Below are positions 42,358 through 46,496 of a stretch of DNA of 46,496 nucleotides, in pieces. Numbering within the stretch: the first letter of the stretch is position 1; each line of letters opens with the position of its first letter. Made by a program: the position numbers and the translations under genes. The stretch comes from Escherichia phage SandraMuster_Bas78. The notes under the pieces were generated by a model. It searched no databases. It was not told the origin of the DNA and saw only the letters and a program-made list of their open reading frames with translations. The stretch is taken from sequence record PQ850625.1; one strand, 5' to 3'.

Positions 42358-42613
42358 TATTTCCCTCCAGAATCCAAACTGAATTACCAATACGACTGTT
42401 ATTTAAATCCTTTGACACGCGGCCATCCTTACAAAGAGAAATCAGAACCTTCCGTAACTTCGCTGCTGTCCATTCATCATCAGGAAATTCATTCACCATT
42501 GATAGACGCAAACTCCACGTAGCCACTGAGAACTTACGAAAAATTCCAAGTTTCTCCTCCTCAATGGATTTTCTCTTTCTCATCACATATAAAACCTTAT
42601 CCTTCACATCCAT
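42350..42613 (-). CDS. hypothetical protein
   Basis: Track ORF. Confidence 0.4.
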   Translation of the reverse strand: MDVKDKVLYVMRKRKSIEEEKLGIFRKFSVATWSLRLSMVNEFPDDEWTAAKLRKVLISLCKDGRVSKDLNNSRIGNSVWILEGNNG

Positions 42614-42623
42614 TTCCTTACCC

Positions 42624-42815
42624 TCACTTAATCATCATCTTTGAAATATCAACGTGACCAACACAAAATCTGTGCCAGTAATCATCAAGCATGTGGTAAT
42701 TAGAGCGAATCCATACTTTGTTAATCCGGCTCCAGAAAAACCACGTCGAATAACCATGCGGCCTGAAATGCCATAAACCTTCTGAGCGACAAATTTCGCC
42801 TGATATTGTTCTCAT
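42624..42815 (-). CDS. hypothetical protein
   Basis: Track ORF, start overlaps upstream stop. Confidence 0.35.
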   Translation of the reverse strand: MRTISGEICRSEGLWHFRPHGYSTWFFWSRINKVWIRSNYHMLDDYWHRFCVGHVDISKMMIK

Positions 42816-44368
42816 TTCAACCTCGGATTTATGTGAACAGTATTCCCGATAAATACGCAGTAACCATCCTCTTCCAGAGATGGCAATACACTTGACCTGA
42901 GTCGGTCATAAATTTTAGGTATCCCTTTGAATGGTCGTACGTTTTTAAGTGAATCATAAAGCCACTTCACCGTTACGTTTGTTTTTCCTTTCTGAGCGGC
43001 AGAGCGTAGCTTTTCGGCAACAACATCAAATTCAGAACGCTCACCAGCATATCCATTTGATTCCACGGCGTCGGTGAATGTTTTTGTTAGTGCGTCATAA
43101 ACACTGATGGCGCGACTAATTTCATTTTCACCGATAATCTTTGATTGCTTTCCTCCATCACACCAGTTTTCAGCAGCGTGAAATATTGCTGCCAGACGGA
43201 TTATTTGCTTATCAGCTTTACCCATCGCGCCACGAAGAAGGACGTGATCCCACTTACCGCCGGGAAGGAAGTTTTTCTCCCACTGATTTCGTAACAGGCC
43301 AATCATTCTTGCTGAGTCATTGTGAAGCGTCAGTTTTGTTTTTTCTGCTGACACAACATTATGTATAAATCTTGCATATTCCGACCTCAAGCTATCTGGC
43401 ATTGGCTTGCTTACAGGGCAATCATTAACCATGTCCCAGTGTTCGCGATAGCCAAGCATTGATTGCTCTCGCAACATCAGGAAACGTTCAGAAAGACCGT
43501 TCCCCCTGTCGCCAGCGGCAAGAATGGCATCAATACTTTCATCCTGCGCAATCACACTTATGTTTCCAAGCACGTAACCAGATGAAACGCCACGACCAAC
43601 ACGAGCAGAACCAATGAATCCGCCATCCCAGCCCTTCAGGATGACTTCGGCGTTTGCCTTTCCACCTTCTTTTCCGTAAGAGAGGCCAAGACATGTGTTA
43701 AGGACGCTTGCCTCGTCACTTATCAGATTAAAAAAACCACCTTCATGAATGGCCTGATGCTGGACAGCCTCCGGAGTTGCGTCCGTCAGTGGATATGTGA
43801 TCGTATAAAGCTCCTCCAGCTTCTCCTTTTCGCGAGCAATATCATCGCCGATTAGTGCCTTTGCATTCTGATTACTGGCCTCTTTGTATGCCTTCATCAA
43901 CTCTTCAATGCGAAGATTTATTTTTATGATCTGCTTTTCCATCTTTTTGGAAAGGTTGTCATATTCAATCTTCACCGGATTCATGTGCATTGAGTTGATG
44001 GCAGTTTTCCCTGCTGATGGAGGCTGAGAAGTAACCACGTAAAGAGAAACTGGAAGCTCTGAATGGTAATACTCAACGCTAAAGTTTCTCGTCATTGCGC
44101 TGGCAACGCACCCAAGTAAATGCATGAACGATGTATTTATTGGGAACTGAACAGCACGAGCTGCAGCGATTGCATAACGAGACAGCAAATCTGTTCTGTG
44201 CTCACTGGTCAGTTCTGTTTCTGAGTACGTTACATCACGCTCCTTACCTTCCTTGATATCCAGCCACATATTTGAGCTTGGTGTCATGCCATGATGGAAG
44301 GCGACGCGAGCAGGAGATACTTTCAATTCCCTTGCTTCGTTGAAGATATCTTGAGCTGTGATCATCAT
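42812..44368 (-). CDS. P-loop NTPase replication protein (possible replicative helicase / primase-associated)
   Basis: Walker A-like TSQPPSAGKT in a 518 aa protein next to primase candidate and origin-like region. Confidence 0.5.
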   Translation of the reverse strand: MMITAQDIFNEARELKVSPARVAFHHGMTPSSNMWLDIKEGKERDVTYSETELTSEHRTDLLSRYAIAAARAVQFPINTSFMHLLGCVASAMTRNFSVEYYHSELPVSLYVVTSQPPSAGKTAINSMHMNPVKIEYDNLSKKMEKQIIKINLRIEELMKAYKEASNQNAKALIGDDIAREKEKLEELYTITYPLTDATPEAVQHQAIHEGGFFNLISDEASVLNTCLGLSYGKEGGKANAEVILKGWDGGFIGSARVGRGVSSGYVLGNISVIAQDESIDAILAAGDRGNGLSERFLMLREQSMLGYREHWDMVNDCPVSKPMPDSLRSEYARFIHNVVSAEKTKLTLHNDSARMIGLLRNQWEKNFLPGGKWDHVLLRGAMGKADKQIIRLAAIFHAAENWCDGGKQSKIIGENEISRAISVYDALTKTFTDAVESNGYAGERSEFDVVAEKLRSAAQKGKTNVTVKWLYDSLKNVRPFKGIPKIYDRLRSSVLPSLEEDGYCVFIGNTVHINPRLK

Positions 44369-44604
44369 GAAATCCTTTTTACGTAAACCATATCTTTGTC
44401 AGGGTATCCAACCTTTGTTGAGAATTTCATGCCTTCATTCCTGCGCATGAAATAGTTTAATGCGTTCCTCAGGCTTGCAATACCTCCAAACCTCTTCGAG
44501 TCAATCATCACAGTCTCCCCTACTGAAACCGCCGACAACCCAGAAAGAGCTGCATTCTTTTTGCCATACTTATCAAGTTTCACAAAATCCTCCAACAGCA
44601 ACAA
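44365..44604 (-). CDS. hypothetical protein, first gene of replication operon
   Basis: Track ORF; stop overlaps start of P-loop protein gene. Confidence 0.45.
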   Translation of the reverse strand: MLLLEDFVKLDKYGKKNAALSGLSAVSVGETVMIDSKRFGGIASLRNALNYFMRRNEGMKFSTKVGYPDKDMVYVKRIS

Positions 44605-45048
44605 ATTATGATTGAATCATATCATAAGTATTGAATCATGCAACATCAAATACGACTCACGTGGGTAACGTGGGGCAGCCGTGGGGAACATCACCTTCCC
44701 CACGAACTTTTACTCTAAGTATATGTAATATAATATAATTATTATTATTTGGGTTAATGGGTAATATTATTATTCATATTATAGATAGTAATTAACATAA
44801 TATTAACAAATGGATTATTTGAATATATTTATAAGGGGATGGGTATGAAATCTGCCCCTTTTTACCCACGAAAAATAAAAACATTCAAATCAATAATTTA
44901 CGATGAAAAACGTGGGGCAACCAACCTTCCCCACGACCTGCCCCACGAGCAAAAATTTACCCCACGGGCACGTTTTTAACGCATCCCTGTTGACGTAGAA
45001 TCATCGTTGATGTAGATTGAACTCATCGAAACAAACGAGGGTGAAGAG
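44605..45048. repeat. origin-like non-coding region: CGTGGGG/CCCCACG iterons flanking an AT-rich core
   Basis: About nine copies of the CGTGGG(G) core in both orientations around an approx. 130 bp strongly AT-rich stretch (44710..44845); ATTGAATCAT direct repeat; two TTGAYGTAGA motif copies at 3' edge. Confidence 0.5.
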
Positions 45049-45234
45049 ATGAACAAAGAAAGCACGTACAGCATCGACCAGATGAAGTTGTTCAGCGATA
45101 TATGCATGGCATTGTCACAACAGGTTCCAAGTCTACCTGCTGATATGCGCTCAAATGCCATCATTGATGCGGCAAACATGATTTGTGAGGCATATGCTAT
45201 GACTGAAGATGAATATAAGGCATCGAAGAAATGA
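45049..45234 (+). CDS. hypothetical protein
   Basis: Track ORF with GAGGGTGAAGAG upstream. Confidence 0.45.
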   Translation: MNKESTYSIDQMKLFSDICMALSQQVPSLPADMRSNAIIDAANMICEAYAMTEDEYKASKK

Positions 45235-45326
45235 CAGGAGCAGCATTCGAGCTTATCTCCAGTCTGGTTATCGTGGCATTCATCATTATCGCAGTGGCGG
45301 TTTCTAAATCAGGGTATAAGGAGTAA
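45231..45326 (+). CDS. small membrane peptide (31 aa)
   Basis: ATG overlapping upstream stop; hydrophobic LISSLVIVAFIIIAVAV. Confidence 0.25.
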   Translation: MTGAAFELISSLVIVAFIIIAVAVSKSGYKE

Positions 45327-45329
45327 CAA

Positions 45330-45512
45330 ATGGCAAAGACTATCTATCGTCGCGAGAAACTGGAGCCTGAACTCGGTCACGTTGGCGCGCAAAACTTTAT
45401 GAGCAAGCAGGCACGCAATGCAATGGAATCTATACGCGTGAATCGCGTTGTGCGCGTGTTTAACGGTGAAGGTAAGCGAAGAGTAATGGATGAACTGATT
45501 ATCGTATTTTGA
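45330..45512 (+). CDS. hypothetical protein
   Basis: Track ORF with AAGGAG RBS. Confidence 0.45.
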   Translation: MAKTIYRREKLEPELGHVGAQNFMSKQARNAMESIRVNRVVRVFNGEGKRRVMDELIIVF

Positions 45513-45548
45513 CATCGATTCAGCAGGCTTATTTCTAATGGTGATGAT

Positions 45549-45776
45549 ATGGAAAAAGTAAAAACATACGAGTTCTGGTTTGTGCAGAACAAAATGTATG
45601 CAAGCAGGACAATCAAGAGAGTCAGCTGGTGGAATAAGTGGTTAATCCTCTCCTGCTGCATCGTGCTGGCAAAGTGCAAATTCAAAGCGATTGACATCAC
45701 TGATGAAAACGCACTCAAAATCGCAAAGATTGTGTTTGAAGAGGATGGCTATTACGAAGAAATTATGGGGGGTTAG
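45549..45776 (+). CDS. hypothetical protein
   Basis: Track ORF. Confidence 0.45.
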   Translation: MEKVKTYEFWFVQNKMYASRTIKRVSWWNKWLILSCCIVLAKCKFKAIDITDENALKIAKIVFEEDGYYEEIMGG

Positions 45777-45779
45777 GGT

Positions 45780-46061
45780 ATGAGTGAAGCTAAAACGTAT
45801 GCAGTAAACTGCAACGACGCGTGGCTTAATACAGATGGTGATGACATCTCTGGCTCATATGTTAAGTATGCTGATTACGCAGCTCTTCAAGCTAAATGCG
45901 ATGAGCTACTTAAAGAAATTAAAAACATGCAGGACCAAGCCCTTGATGATGTATGCCGAATTACAGAGCTTGAAGAAGCCTTGCAAGATAAGCAGGCACT
46001 AATTCCTGATGAGCACGACACCACCGCTCTGCAATTCGAAAGCCTGGCTAAAAGTGAATAG
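45780..46061 (+). CDS. hypothetical acidic coiled-coil protein
   Basis: Track ORF. Confidence 0.45.
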   Translation: MSEAKTYAVNCNDAWLNTDGDDISGSYVKYADYAALQAKCDELLKEIKNMQDQALDDVCRITELEEALQDKQALIPDEHDTTALQFESLAKSE

Positions 46062-46124
46062 CCACCCATTCATATTAATTATCAGTGCGCTCTATGTGGC
46101 GCACGCTTTAGTGGAGGAATACAT

Positions 46125-46232
46125 ATGACCAGACACCAACGACGAAAGCACACCACTGGCGCTAAAATATTTCTTGCTGTTTATGTGCTGGCATTGGTAG
46201 CAGCTATCGCAGGAGTAGTGCATTATGTTTAA
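46125..46232 (+). CDS. small membrane peptide (35 aa)
   Basis: ATG preceded by GGAGGA; basic N-terminus then hydrophobic helix. Confidence 0.3.
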   Translation: MTRHQRRKHTTGAKIFLAVYVLALVAAIAGVVHYV

Positions 46233-46404
46233 CGATATCAGTGACGCAATGCAAAACATGTGGGAACGATACTGGAACAGCATGAAGACGTGTCACTACA
46301 TGATGGTACAGATAGGTAATTACATTGAGGTTGTGCCTGATACTGGTGTTCACAACATTAAGTGCATGTGTTCTACGAGGGCTTTTGCGAATGCAAACAA
46401 CTAA
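46225..46404 (+). CDS. hypothetical protein (59 aa)
   Basis: ATG overlapping upstream stop; below track cutoff. Confidence 0.3.
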   Translation: MFNDISDAMQNMWERYWNSMKTCHYMMVQIGNYIEVVPDTGVHNIKCMCSTRAFANANN

Positions 46405-46496
46405 GCATAAAGTCTGGCAACTCGCCAAACAACACGAATTAGACGATTTCATCGCGAAGGTTGCAAAGACATTCCCTGACGCGCTTGAAGTCGTTC
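46391..46496 (+). CDS. hypothetical protein, 3' truncated at window end
   Basis: ATG at 46391, open to the end of the window. Confidence 0.25.
   Translation, partial: MQTTKHKVWQLAKQHELDDFIAKVAKTFPDALEVV

Noticed and set aside
44846-44980. 44 aa ORF with an RBS-like sequence inside the origin-like region
   Set aside because: Its sequence consists largely of the CCCCACG iterons; more likely fortuitous than coding

Overview
This window reads as most or all of a tailed dsDNA phage genome (siphovirus-type, lambda-like tail-tip module, SPP1-like packaging and head genes), densely coding with repeated strand switches. Plus strand: HNH endonuclease, small and large terminase, portal, MuF-like head morphogenesis protein, a lysis cassette (lambda R-like endolysin, holin candidate, Rz with embedded Rz1), a block of small accessory genes, protease/scaffold candidate, major capsid, head-tail joining genes, major tail protein, chaperone, tape measure, gpM/gpL/gpK/gpJ-like tail tip genes and a pectate-lyase-fold tail fiber. 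Minus strand: several moron-like islands, an operon ParB-like / C5-cytosine methyltransferase / small ORF / truncated DnaN-like clamp homolog, and a replication-recombination module (SSB, Sak4-like ATPase, PD-(D/E)XK exonuclease, VRR-NUC, DExH helicase flanked by two HNH genes, P-loop replication protein). The most interesting signals are the two-domain beta-clamp homolog, a recurrent intergenic motif AATCTACRYCA at 14 sites, an origin-like AT-rich region with CGTGGGG iterons, and a roughly 700 bp ORF-poor structured region inside the tail gene cluster. All calls come from reading the sequence and ORF translations against remembered protein families; no database search was run.
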